Source of the DNA: Podarcis pityusensis | Taxonomy: Eukaryota | Length of the DNA: 64,000 nt | Assembly: GCA_964106645.2 (NCBI GenBank) | Contig: OZ067038.1 | Direction: 5' to 3' (one strand) | Shown: piece after piece, positions 11,427 to 24,546 of the stretch | Layout: each line of letters begins with the position of its first letter | How positions within the stretch are numbered: position 1 is the first letter of the stretch | Position numbers and translations under genes: made by a program | Notes under the pieces: model-generated | What the model was told of the DNA's origin: nothing | Database searches by the model: none | Seen by the model: only the letters and a program-made list of their open reading frames with translations

Positions 11427-13788
11427 CCTTAGAGGGACGGCAGCTTCAGTAGCACTTCAGAGTCAGTCTCTTTTGGCAGAGATTTGCCGATCTGCTGCAT
11501 GGACTTCAGATCATACATTTGCCGGATGTGGTTAAGATTAAAAAGTATATTTCTCCCATTGCTAGTAGGAAATGTGTGCGTGTGTGTGTGGAAGAGAGAG
11601 AGACTGATTTGGGCCCATGTTGGATGGAGCAAAGGCTTAAAGCCGCCCTCTTTTCTGTACATCACAATCTCAACCCAGGTCTTACCCCCCACTTGTTTTT
11701 TAAACAGCTATGCAAAGTCATGCTATGGGGCAACTGCCATGTCTCCAGTTTGGCCCTCAGTGGAATCTGAGTTTAGTAGGATGCGGCCCAATAGAAAAAC
11801 ATTTTAATGATTTTATTTATTATTCACTTTCCAAAATGCAAACAGTTTAAGAGAAAGCTAACACAAACAAACACTGTTAAGTAGCTAAAGGCTTACCAGT
11901 GCAGAGGGCAGGAAGAGCTTAGAACTCTGCATGAAGCATCATTATCCTGGAATAATAGTTGATGCAGGGAGAACTGTGAAATGGGATGCTGGTTTGATTT
12001 TGTGTAATTCAGTCCCAAGGAAAACAACAGGAAGGGTCTGGCAGAAATGAAGGAAGGCAGAATGCAATTTGGTCTTTGATGTGTAAACAGATTTAGTACA
12101 ACAAAGATCAATGAGGAAACCCTCCAAAGGAATATGTATTTTAATGAATTATCATATTTCACGATTATTATTTTTTTAAAAAAATAAATAAATTTCAATT
12201 TCAATTATAGACCAGTTTACAAACAGTACTGTGCCTCTCGGGGAAAGCATATGGCAATCAAAACTTCAATCAAAGTCCTGCCAAGTCTCTCATAAAAAAA
12301 TAAATAGCCATAAGCCAGTGTGTTATTGTCCTTTTAATGTTAGTTGAATGCCTATAATTCTTCTCATGTCCGCCCCCGCTGTCAGCTTTGTGACATTATC
12401 GGCCTCTGTTTCACACTCCTCCCCTTGAAGATAGAAGATTAGCTGATATAGAAAATGTTGGCATGTTCTGGAGTATTATTTTGAGATGGGCTGATGGTTT
12501 ATTAAAGAAAACACAATAAAAATTATGCACACTAGAGAAGTTACTATGAAGAGGAAGGAGGGAAATGGATGTATCTTTTGAGAAAACTGAGTACAGCTGC
12601 AGTGAGGCAGCATTCCTCACCAATTATACCCAGAAGTATAATTTAATGGGGCTTACTCCCAGGTAAGTGAAGTTAGGAATGTACTTTAAACTGTTTCTAC
12701 AAGTAAATAGTACAAGAGCAGGACTGCTTGCATTCTTCCCAGAATGCTCCTGTCCACCACACGGACATCACTCCCTGCCTGTAGAGCGCAAAAGTACTTT
12801 GGGATAGTGTCACATGATTTCACGATAGCTGATCCTCCACATATGGGGGTGGGGGGTGGGGGGTGGGAAATCTATATAGTATTCAAAGGTCATGCAATGC
12901 ATCTGCATGGGGAAATGATCTGTAAATCATACTTTTTCTTATACATTGCACACTTGGCAAGCCATCAGTAATTTCCAGCCAGTGTTCCTGTGTTAGTAGC
13001 TGTGCTTTTGATTAAAAGTGTCTGTATCTGAGAAGCTATATGGCCATGCTGACAGAACAGCAATTTAGAATCCTTGTACTCCAGCTTCAAAATTTGCGGT
13101 TTTTGCTCAGAACTCTTGTACTGAGGAGGGGGGAAGTTCCCTTACACACACACACACACAGCTACCGTCGGTATAAGTGCTGCATGTGCAGAGTCAACCC
13201 TAGCGGAAGTAAGAACATACATTGGAAAAAAATACATTGTACTCATTCAACCAGCACTTTCCCACTCATAAGTTGCCTCCAGACCGACACTATTTTGCAG
13301 GATGGATTCAAGCACATTGAGGTTTGTGCAAGTGTTCTGTTGACTTAGCACAACAAAGCCACTTTTCTTGCAGTTTGGAAAACGACAGGAAAATTCATTG
13401 TAAAGGATCAGATGAACGTATGATTAATGGAAAGACATGGAGATATCCCACAGACAAATCAGACCAAAATGCTCAATAAAGACCAAGCCTAGTGTAATCT
13501 CTGGATATGCTTTCTGCAAGCAAAACAGAATGAACACATAATAAACATGTCATCCAGAGGAGCTCAGTTTTGCTTCCTGTATCAGCAACTGTGATAGCAA
13601 CTACTACCTTATTGCCCTCCACAAAATCAGAATTAGAGCCGCACAGATCAAGCCTGAATACTTCATTCAGAAAACTCAAGTCTCATCTAGAGATCCTTGA
13701 ATCATCCATCTATCTTGAACCTTGTTTGATTGGCAACGTTGCTCCTTGTGGTGAACCAGAGAATGACTGACACCATCCTCTGTCAGTA

Positions 13789-14002
13789 CAGTGGTACCTC
13801 GGGTTAAGAACTTAATTCGTTCTGGAGGTCCGTTCTTAACCTGAAGCACCACTTTAGCTAATGGGGCCTCCCGCTGCCGCCACACGATTTCTGTTCTCAT
13901 CCTGAAGCAAAGTTCTTAACCCGAGGTAATATTTCTGGGTTAGTGGAGTCTGTAACCTGAAGTGTCTGTAACCTGAAGTGTCTGTAACCCGAGGTACCAC
14001 TG
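13789..14002. mobile_element. Tc1/mariner MITE, same family as 8839-9062
   Basis: Same TIRs; TA TSD. Confidence 0.92.
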
Positions 14003-16852
14003 TATCAATTTAGGCACTGCCATGGGAGGAGGGGGAAACAGAAACCTGCTGAACTGCTTTGCCTACTGTTTTACCTCTGTTTTCCTAACCAGCAGAGGTG
14101 CAGGAGAGAATGCAATTCTCTGCCAGGTGTTCTGGCTGCTAGTTTGCTTACCAGATGCAGGTGAGGTAATTACTAATTGATCTAGGAACAAGTGGCTCAC
14201 TCCCTCTCCTGATCAAGTCCTTGGTACATTCGCCCTCAGTTCCAGTGGGTTAAGACAGCTTCCTAAAGGCAGCTTGTGGTCAAACAGAAGGTATAAAGGG
14301 GTCAAATTACTTCCTTCTAATCCACCTGCTAAGTACAGCCTAAGTGGAAGGGACTCTGGATGACTGCCATAGAGGGAAATATCTCAGCCCTTGAGAAGGT
14401 AAATATCTTACACTGAAATTCCAGGGAAACTTTTTCACTCTATTACAGCTGCAATTAAAAGCTCCCCTCTTTAGCTCACTGTCTTCTAACGTGATGCATT
14501 CTGGAGTAATTCAGGTTCTCCAAAGTTTGAATGCAAAAGGGATAGTGCCTCACTAAAAGAATACTTTTATTCCGATATAGAGCAGAAAGTGATGATATTG
14601 AGTATTGGTGAACTTACCCTCCCCTACTTTCTCTTTCACCTCCTTTTCTTCCCTTCACTAGTTCTATTTATGTGTTACTCATGTGTAGGGCATGAGTGTA
14701 AAGTTGGGCTGAACATTTCGCCCTTCTGTAATGTTGCATTTCCATAATAATTGTTCTTTGTTGTCACATGTGGATTGTGTTCACCTGTCAGCCATTTTTC
14801 TTTGTTGCATATATGGGAAAGTCACACATATTCCAAAGTTCCTCCCCAGTTCTCCTTAGACTACTTTAGGCATTACAAGCCTAATAACAGGTAACTGAAA
14901 CAACTGCATATTATTTTAATTTTTTGATTATATGTGATCCTCAAGGCAGTGGCCTCAGAAGCACCATTCACACTGATGGTGCTTAATAATAACCATACTC
15001 AAAGCAACAATAATATGTTGTTCTACAGCATAAGACCAATGTTATTGGGCTGTTGGTTAACACTCCTGATTTTGGTGCTTCTGTTGTGTGACTTTTAAAG
15101 GTGGAACCTGCATCTCTCACATTGCCACGCTGTATCTCGCTGCAGCTAAGATTCCTGCACCTTGTAGTGAAGAAGGCACCCAACTTCCTCTTCCAGTTAT
15201 TAGCAGAAGTGCAAAGAAAAGACATAGCTCTGGAAGCTGAGACCCACTAACCCAGACACAGCCCATCAGCTATTTCTTGCAGCATGCTTGAAACTTTTCC
15301 TCTCTGCAATCTTGTCAGGGAACAAAAATAACAAGTTTATTGAGCCTTGTGGACTGCATTCATCTTGATGAGTCACACGCTGCTCAGGTCTGTGCTATTG
15401 CCACTTCTCTGTAATGTGCAGTGCAGTCCTTAGAAGTAATACATGTTGGTTTCACGGGAACTTTATTGTTTTATGAGACCAAAGCAGCAACGACTGCCTG
15501 CGCCATTTTTAAAAATAGAATTTTGACACTTGCATGGCTGAATTAGCCATTAAAAAAAATCCACTGAATAAGTGGAGATCAAGCTTGGCAGTAAGTCATT
15601 TTCTTTTCTGAAATGAAGCAATAATTCTTCTTGGTCTCACCACTTGAAGTGTCGTGCAAAATATTGCAGATACTAATGCGTTAAGCCAAACTAGGGTGGG
15701 GAAGCAATAACCCCGTGCATACTTTTCTACAAAGTGCAGCTGGAAGGATGGCACAAAGAAGAGAGCAGCTGAAGGCATAAAACATGGTGCAATACATGAA
15801 ATAGTAGGATGTTTGTTCTCACAGCAGTTTCTTGAAGCACTAGGCTGCAGGTAAGATAGATGTGTTGTAAAAGCAAATGAGAAAGATCAGAAGCTGGGGC
15901 TGCTGACCTCTGTGGTGGGTGGAGGAGGCCAAGCTGAGGAAGACTTAGCAAAAACAAGATTTCCAATAGCCTAAATCTTAGGGAATGACAGGTTGTTGGA
16001 TTAAAGAAAGCCAAAACCACAAGAACACCCCCACCGAAGTCAATTAGTGAGCATATGTCCTCCTAGAGGTGAAGCAGTTTCACACAGAGTTTGTGAAATT
16101 ACTAATAACATCAGAAGGCTAAGCCTGAAGAAATTAGTTCTTTTCTAGGTATGATTGCTCCTGTGCCAATTAATGCCTGAGGTCTTCTGACTGCAGGAGA
16201 GAGTGAGCGAGCTAGTATGTTGCATAGATCGTGCGGCAAAGTGTATTGACCCTTAATGAGGCCAAGTGTGTGGTCCAGAGTGAAGGGAGTTAGCAGCGCG
16301 TGAGAGGAACACATTATTGTCAAAGAGATATAATCAGATTATTGATCCATGAAGTCAAGGAAGGCAAAAAAAAAAAAAATGCAACAAAATTTGTTTCCAA
16401 TGTTGGCAAGATTAATTACTTAGGGTCAGGTTGGCTACAACGCAAAGCAGTACTGTTTTGTGTATGTGGGAGAGGAACATATGCACAGCTACTTCACTTG
16501 CTATTTCTGGCAGATCCTGCCAAAGAGACAAACTGTTAAAGAGATGGCTCGGGAAGTACCATGGTAAAAGTAGTCATTCATACTAACTAAATTCCAGGCT
16601 AGATTACTGTAGCATTCTCCGCCTTTGAAGACAGCTCAGGCGCTACAGTTAGTTCAGAATGCAGCTGTGTTAATTGGAGCAAGCACATAACCCTTACTAT
16701 ATGATCTGCAATGATAACCATATTGTTTCAAAGTGCAGCTTTAATCATTAAAAATCCCAAAACAATCTAGACCAGAGTCTAGACATAACCTTCACCATAG
16801 GGATGTGTTTGGCCTGGCCTCCAAGAACTGCCTTGGAGGCTTTGCTCTAGCC

Positions 16853-16988
16853 CAGGCATAGGCAAACTCAGCCCTTCAGATGTTTTGGGACTACAATTCC
16901 CATCATCCCTGACCGCTGGTCCTGTTAGCTAGGGATAATGGGAGTTGTAATCCCAAAACAGCTGGAGGGCTGAGTTTGCCTATGCCTG
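16853..16988. mobile_element. Short palindromic hAT MITE
   Basis: TIR CAGGCATAGGCAAACTCAGCCC; perfect TSD CTCTAGCC. Confidence 0.92.
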
Positions 16989-17035
16989 CTCTAGCCTTAC
17001 CCCCATTCTCCACTCAGTGGCACTGAGATGTTAAC

Positions 17036-17590
17036 AATGTAAGAAGTGCCCTGCTGGGTTAGGCCTAGCTGCACATAGTATAAGGTTTTGTTCTCACAAT
17101 GGCCAACCCAAAGCCCACCAGCAGGCCATGAATGCAACAACATTCTGCCTAATACAGTGGTACCTCAGGTTAAGAACTTAATTCGTTCTGGAGGTCCGTT
17201 CTTAACCTGAAACTGTTCTTAACCTGAGGTATCACTTGAGCTAATGGGGTCTCCTGTTGCCGCTGCATGATTTCTGTTCTCATCCTGAAGCAAAGTTCTT
17301 AACCCGAGGTACTATTTCTGGGTTAGTGGAGTCTGTAACCTGAAGCATCTGTAACCTGAGGTACCACTGTAATGCTCCATAGTAACTGGTATTCAAAGGC
17401 ATACTACCATCACGGCTAGTCACTTTGGATAGCCTTATCGCTCATGAAATTGTCCAAACATTTCTTATGCTATCCCAGGTTGATAGTCAATTACTATATC
17501 TTGTGGCAGTGAGTTTTTGTAGTTTATGTGCTTTGTGGAGAAGCGTATCCTGAATATGTCAGCATTCAGCTTCATTGGGTGACCGTAGAT
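17036..17590 (-). mobile_element. Old CR1 3' fragment, interrupted by the MITE at 17155
   Basis: Degenerate similarity to CR1 3' ends (AAGAAGTGCCCTGCTGG...CTGGTATTCAAAGGCATACT...TCTTGTGGCAGTGAG). Confidence 0.5.
17155..17369. mobile_element. Tc1/mariner MITE, same family as 8839-9062
   Basis: TIR CAGTGGTACCTCAGGTTA; TA TSD. Confidence 0.92.
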
Positions 17591-18453
17591 TCTAATATTT
17601 GGAACTAATAGACTTTAATTCCCATGGAAAATCTTTCCTTCCAGTTCCAAGCTCCACTGGTCAGTCACAATGGAGCTCCCCATCTCTACCCTTCATTCTT
17701 AGTGACATATGTTTTGCTCTTGCAAACTCTTTCCTCCCCCAAAGCACAGGGATTGGAGGGCTCTGCTAAAACGATTCCCTCTGATCATACATAAGACCCT
17801 TCCCCATATGCAAGTTTTCCATAAGCAGGAGACGTGCATTCACAAAGCTACTCCTCCTTGCCTCCCTCCCCCGGCTGTGCTGTTTTGCTAATACAATATG
17901 CTTAGATACAGCGTAACCATTAGTAGATGCTTGTATGTAGCATTTCTGAGATGTCAGGACCTCAAAGTGCTTCATAGGACCTTGGTTTGAATTGTGCGTT
18001 GTCATACAATTCCTTACAAGGTACCCTGGCTCATCTCTCAGTTCAAATCTGATGCACATTCCTATACTTTTATGACTTACCTAATATTCTAATACAGTCT
18101 AATCCATTTGCCTTCTGCGGTAAGTTTTTACTCTACATTTAAAAAAACCCAATATATACAGTAGATATAGTTCTCTGGGTAAATCAATTTTTTCCCCTGC
18201 TCATGCTTAATGAACCTGGGAAAATGTGACGTGAAGTATGCATTCAAGAAACATGACTAAAAGAACATTATTCAGGCATCATAGTGCATGAATAGGTATG
18301 ACTGCTCCAGAAATATTGTGAGATAATAAAACTCTCCAAAAAGAGAAACCCAGTTGTCATATATTTTGTAGAGTATTAGAATGGATCTTCTATAATTTTT
18401 AGGATTATTAAAGGATATTTTAAGAGTATTTATGTAAATGAATTGTTTACACA

Positions 18454-18545
18454 TTGAAGTGGACTGTAGTCAACAAAAGTTTATAACATAATAACTGCTT
18501 TAGTCTTTAATGGGCTTTCTAGGCTCATTGGTATTTTTGCTTAAT
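18454..18545 (+). mobile_element. Degenerate Penelope-like element terminus
   Basis: TGAAGTGGACTGTAGTCAACAAAAG..ATAA..TTAGTCTTTAA resembles the reptile PLE end with an eroded minimal hammerhead. Confidence 0.5.
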
Positions 18546-19479
18546 GCAATACAGGCCTATTGTCACCTGTCAAATTTTGAAATATTTGGATTTTCAATTG
18601 CCTTAGCAGAGACCATGTCATTTTGGGTGGACTGTGCAAGCTAAATCATAGTTGAAATAGGTTGTCTAGTTAGCTAAAGGCCACCTACAATTTCCCAGCT
18701 GCAAGATCTCTCTGTCTCAAGAAATAGAAATGCAGGACAGTTTAATAAAGAGCTAGTCCCACATCATTACATGTCACCAAATTTCAGAACCACACTAGTT
18801 CCTTCAAAAACTTGCATAAGCAGAATCAGAATATATATTTTTAACAGTGCCAAGCTCTTGCTGCCAGCAAGCTTCAGGCAGTAAATTTATTGTTTACCAG
18901 AACTTTGCTATTGCTTTCAGTTGTCAACTGTGTTTAAAAGTGTTGTCTTCCATCTCTGAATAATGAGAAGAAGAAAATACAGGGCTAGGGATTCTAGACA
19001 TGAATATGGAGTAACCTAATTTCTACATTATATTCTCTCTTTCAAAACCCTGACCCCTGGAAGCCTGCACAAAATGTGTTAGAAAATAGAAAGGTTTATA
19101 TAAAAATTAGCCACAGGCAGAATCTTAAGTCTATAAAGATGTGGGCTCCCACCCTCATGAGTACAAAAATCCAGAGAGCTGAAGTAACGATATTACCATG
19201 CAACACCTTTATACTTGTGAAGATAGAAAGATGCTTTATACTGAGCCAGATCACTGGTGCTGCTAATTCAATATTGTCTGCCATGACTGGCATGGCTGTC
19301 CTGGGTTTCAGGTGAGGGTCTTCTTTGGCAGTCTTACTTTAATTTCTGACTTTTTCAAGAGAAGATTGTGCTGTTTTAAGTCTGTGACATTTCCAGCTGG
19401 TGAAAAGGTGTACATGAATATAATTTTAGGTTTTGTTTTTTAAAAACCTTACTTTCTTTAACATTGTACAATTATGATA

Positions 19480-19721
19480 CAGTGGTACCTTGGTTCTCGA
19501 ACTTAATCCGTTCCGGGAGTCCATTCAACTCCCGAAACCATTCAGAAGCCAAGGCGCAGCCTCCGATTGGCTGTGGGAGCTTCCTGCAGTTGAGCGGAAG
19601 CCGCATCAGATGTTTGGCTTCTGAAAAACATTCACAAACTGGAACACTTACCTCCGGGTTTGCTGTGTTCAGGAGCCAAAACGTACAAGTGCCAAGGCAT
19701 TCGAGAACCAAGGTACTACTG
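19480..19721. mobile_element. Tc1/mariner MITE, related subfamily
   Basis: TIR CAGTGGTACCTTGGTTCTCGAA...TTCGAGAACCAAGGTACTACTG; TA TSD. Confidence 0.88.
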
Positions 19722-20589
19722 TAGATAGTTGGGGGGTTTTTGGGGGGGGGTTAATGATTGCATTTTGTATGGGATTTTTGATTTTTATACTTTGATACTG
19801 TCATTATGAACCAATGGAAAACAAGATGCAACAGAACTTGGCTTTGAGAACCAGCATTTTAGAATTGACTCTAAAATACTTTGAGCAATTGCACACTTTT
19901 GCATCTAAATAGATATTGCATCTTACATAATCTAGCTTTGGTGCTTTCTCAGTAGATTGCATTGCTAGCAAGCCCCTGATTAAAAAAAATGAATGTCCAG
20001 GCTTTCTGTTGGAACTTGGCTTTGTTTCGCAGTACGAATTTTTATCTGAAATTTAATTTTATTATGCCTCTTCATTGAAATTAAATTGCTATTGGAGTGG
20101 CTCATCTTGGGAAAATACAAATGTAGCATTGATGCTCCTTGATCAGATTTCATGATGATGATCAAATACCTCAATCGCACACATTGTTATAACTCAGCCC
20201 TTGAAATGTTGTTAAGCGATGTTTTCCATTAGGTTCAAATTGATGATAGGCCACTATATATGAAAAACATGCAACTTCTCATCCTAGCATCAAAATTCCT
20301 TGCTGACAACACAAAAACATCCAACCTCAGATTTTTTTATATATAAAAAAATCAAAAATAAATGAAACTGATTAACTGTTGAGTGCTACATAGACTACAG
20401 CTAATTAAAGAGGCTTCACTGATGTTTGTGCAGATATGCATGCTTATTACATCTAAAACCTATTATTTCCAAGGCTGGGAGGGCAGCTTACTTCAGTAGC
20501 GTAACTTGATAACAGCACAGTATTCTTAATTTGCTGACTGAAGATGGCCATTCCATAGCCATTCCTTCATAAACGTTTTGGGACCTAGG

Positions 20590-22050
20590 AAATTGTAATT
20601 TGTATTGCCCAGTTGTTAAAATCCCTGTTTGAGGGCATGGTGCTTGAGGAGGTCGTGGCAGTTGCCCTCAGTTTGTTTTTGAATGAAATAGAAAAGATCA
20701 CCTAAATTAATTTAAGTCCAGGTTTAGTCTGGGTTTGGGCACTAAGACCCTAATGTATGAGCTTTGTTGAGAGGGGAGAGGTGGAGTGTGATTCTGTTAA
20801 TTCTTCTCGATCTCTCCAAAGCTTTTGATACCATAGTATCTTGCAAGATTAACTCTGTAGAATGGGAGTTAGGGGCACTCATGAGTCCAATCAGCAGAAG
20901 CCTTGTGCAAGGATTTTTACTTGCACAATGGGGTCCCCCCCCATTTTCCCCCATGCCCCGTGAAACTGGCTTGCAGTGGTCAGAAGAATCCATGGAACAG
21001 TGCAGAACAGGGAGACAAGAGGGTGAAATGCTTGCCCTGATGAAACGTTCACCTTAATGTGACATTGGATTCCTCCCAGTGCTGCTTTCAGATAATAGCA
21101 TGGGTGATTTTTGCTTGACTCCATTGCATTGTGCTGTAGAGTCCTGCAAAATTCCATCTTATCCCCCATGCTGTTAAACATATGTACCACTTGGTGAGAT
21201 CATCAGAGGTTTTGGAGTGTGGTGTTTTTCTCTATATATTATCTAAGTCAAGTGAGGCTGTGCAGGTGATAGGTTGCAGTCTGTGTAGATTACAACTGAA
21301 TTTGTGTAGATTGCAACTGTGCAGATTACAGTTTGTGTAGATTACTACTGTGTAGCTACAACTGAATTTGATGTGGCTTGGGTGAGGACAAACAAACTAA
21401 AGAAGAAGAAGAAGAGTTTGGATTTGATATCCCACTTTATCACTACCCGAAGGAGTCTCAAAGCGGCTAACATTCTCCTTTCCCTTCCTCCCTCACAACA
21501 AACACTCTGTGAGGTGAGTGGGGCTGAGAGACTTCAGAGAAGTGTGACTGGCCCAAGGTCACCCAGCAGCTGCATGTGGAGGAGCGGGGACGCGAACCCG
21601 GTTCACCAGATTACGAGTCCACCGCTCTTAACCACTACACCACACTGGCTCTAAAGCCGAACAAAGCCAAACAAGATAGAGGTGTTGTTGGTAGATGGTT
21701 CCTTTGTCTGGGAATTAGGTGAGCAATCTGTTCTACATGGGGTTGCATTCCCCAAGGGAGCGCAAGTGTGTAGACACCCATTGCAGTTTTGGGGTTGGTT
21801 TGCCTCCTACCACAACTCCTGGACTGTGATAGTATTGCCGCTATGATGCATTCTCTGGTTAAAGCCTTGATTTGATTACTCAAATGTGTAGTATGTGGAA
21901 CTGCCATTGAAAACTATTTGGAAGCTTCAGTTACTGCAGAATGCAGGATCTTCCAAGGGGGTTGGCTCTTCCCTTGCCCTGGGAAGTTTGTTACATGATA
22001 ACAAGGGAGTCTTTTCTGTGGTGGCACCATATCTCTAGAATCCCTTTTCT
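20590..22050 (+). mobile_element. Degenerate L2-like LINE reverse-transcriptase fragments with nested insertions
   Basis: LILLDLSKAFDT RT motif in ORF 20764..21057; further decayed RT-like segments; boundaries approximate. Confidence 0.7.
21400..21652 (-). mobile_element. Young tRNA-derived SINE (Squam3-like) with (TTC)n tail
   Basis: Minus-strand head GAGCCAGTGTGGTGTAGTGGTTAAGAGCGGTGGACTCGTAATCTGG with boxes A/B; (GAA)n on the plus strand. Confidence 0.85.
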
Positions 22051-22059
22051 ATAGGAGTA

Positions 22060-22302
22060 CAGTGGACAGTCGGGTTGCGAACGTGATCCGTGTGGGAGGC
22101 ACATTCGCAACCCACAGCGCCGCATCTGTGCACGCGCGGGTTGCGATTTGGCGCTTCTGCGCAAAGCGCAATTTAGCACTTCTGTGCATGCACAATCGCC
22201 GAAACCTGGAAGTAACCCATTCATTCCGGTACTTCCGGGTTTCGGTGCGTCCGTAACCCGAATAAACGCAACCTGAAGTGTCTGTAACCCGAGGTATGAC
22301 TG
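22060..22302. mobile_element. Tc1/mariner MITE, related subfamily
   Basis: CAGTGGACAGTCGGGTTGC...GTAACCCGAGGTATGACTG; TA flanks. Confidence 0.8.
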
Positions 22303-23059
22303 TACTGTTAGTACCAATGTCAACATTTATTTATTTATTCCTTTAATTTTATTGTATTTTATTTAGGTATTTTTCGTTTATTCATCCCTTTTATATTCCA
22401 CATTGATATCTTTGGAGACGGATGGCAGCAAAAGGCTTTAAATATTATAATAATTGTAATATTTGTACCCCGCCCATCTGACTGGGTTCAATATAACATG
22501 AATGGTGCTGGGGAAAATAGCTTCCTCTTCTATTAGTGGATACCTTTGCTGGATCAAAAGCAATTCCACGAGTGCAAGGGCACCAGTTGGTTCCACCTAC
22601 TTTACTGCAGCACATTCAAATAAGCTACAAGGCCAGAAGATTGTTGCTGTCAGCCATTCACACTGAAATACACTGAACTGTAATTTGTATTTTACGTACA
22701 GTTCTTCACAAAGCATGACAATACTTTTGAACTGTCACTGAGTAACTAAGGGACTGCATTTGGCTCAGTCTCTCACTGTGTTCTAGTGACCTTGCATACT
22801 TAATCATAATTGAGAGTCAAGTGACTTTTATGGGACATGAATTTTAATTAGGCTTCACATTAACAGTGAAGGTACTTTGTCTAGAATTCCTCTGATTGTG
22901 ATAATTAATTGGCTGTCAGGAGTCAGCCTCCTGTCTTCCAGAATCCGTTGAACAGCATATTTTCAAATATTTATGAAGATGTTTTAGTGTGTATCATAGA
23001 AAATTTCATTATCATTATAATTACGCTTGGAAATAGGACAGTTTTCTATTGTCAGATAA

Positions 23060-23345
23060 GCCTTGGGAGATAACCCTTATATATACCCAGTTGAGCACTC
23101 AGCATGTGAGGGGTTCCTGCAGATACCAACTCATCAGAAGATCTGTTCTGCACGATATAGAAACCAGGCCTTTACTATGTACTATGGCCTTGTAGCACCT
23201 ACACTTTGGAATCCCCTCCTGTTAAATATTAGACAGAAACTGGCTCTGTTGTCTTTTGGCATCTACTTAAGACCTCCTTCTTCCAACAAGCCCTTTACGT
23301 GGAGATATTTCCCAGTCTGCATTTGTATTGGATTGTTTTAAAAAA
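23060..23345 (+). mobile_element. L2-like LINE 3' fragment
   Basis: Decayed AF...APTLWN.L segment typical of the L2 ORF2 end. Confidence 0.5.
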
Positions 23346-24225
23346 TAATAATAATTGTTTTAGTGCCCCACACCTGTTCTAACCTGAAGCAGAAACAAAA
23401 TCTGAGAATCCAAGGCAAATACTCAAAGGAGACACAGAGAGAGCATGCAGCTTTATTTGTCTCTTATTGGAGCCCAAGGCAGCTGGCTTTTCTCTGCCAA
23501 ATTCCACTTACACACACGGCATGAAGCCATACGGTCAGTGCTCTCAGGGGGGTAGTAATATTTGGAGTCTAGCACCAACACACACATGAACCCATTCAAG
23601 AAGTGTATTAAGAATAAAAGGCAGGTGGACAAAAGAAAGAGGCAAAATGGAGCTTTTACAGAAAATAAAGAAAACAATTTAAGTCTACTCTATTGTAATT
23701 ACTGAAGAACAGGCTTCTGGTCTTGTGGATAACATTGCAGTGTTGATAGATGAAAGTTGAAGGACAAAGGCTGTTGGCAACAGTAATCTTCTAAAGGCAC
23801 CTTCCTGGTGGCCTTTGACTGACAGCTGGCTCTTAACTAGCCACTCACAAGACAGTCACGTTCATCAGGAAGAGGTGCTTTAAATGTTTGGACATTGGGA
23901 GAAGAGCTATTGCCTGGAGCTATTTCTCCTATCCTTGCTAGATGCAGCCCATTCCTTACTTAGTGTATTCAAGGGATATGTGTGTCTTCCATTATACATA
24001 ATGGGAGATTAGGTAGACTGGGTAATCTTAACAGGACAGGCTGACAGTAGGGCATGGAGCCATGAGCTGGGGGGTCTATATGGTTGACCATGTCTGTGGA
24101 GAAGGGGGAGTTAAGGGCTTCAGTGAGTTCTATAAAAATACTGTTCTGGGATGGTCTGTTCTGTTCATATTGTTTTTTCTGTCATGTTTTAAAGCTCTCC
24201 CTCAGCTTTATGGTTGCCAGACAAT

Positions 24226-24546
24226 AAGGTAAAGGGTAAAGGGGACCCCTGACCATTAGGTCCAGTCATCACCGACTCTGGGGTTGTGGTGCTCATCTCG
24301 CTTTATTGGCCGAGGGAGCCAGCAGGTCATGGCCAGCATGACTAAGCCGCTTCTGACGAACCAAAGCAGCGCACGGAAACGCTGTTTACCTATTTATCTA
24401 CTTGCACTTTGACGTGCTTTCGAACTGCTAGGTTGGCAGGAGCTGGGACCGAGCAATGGGAGCTCACCCCATTGTGGGGATTCGAACCGCTGACCTTCTG
24501 ATTGGCAAGTCCTAGGCTCAGTGGTTTAACCCGCAGCGCCACCCGC
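24226..24546 (-). mobile_element. Sauria SINE with internal deletions
   Basis: Reverse complement of the 27497 copy; (ACCTTT)-type tail. Confidence 0.92.

Noticed and set aside
11029-11432. Six overlapping ORFs with repeated peptides
   Set aside because: Artefact of 30-bp GC-rich internal repeats of a hAT MITE
13374-13480. Possible terminal exon after TTTTCTTGCAG with a downstream AATAAA
   Set aside because: Short peptide without homology I can recognise; no upstream exons found
21281-21370. CRISPR-like repeat array
   Set aside because: Eukaryotic context; no unique spacers; a simple minisatellite
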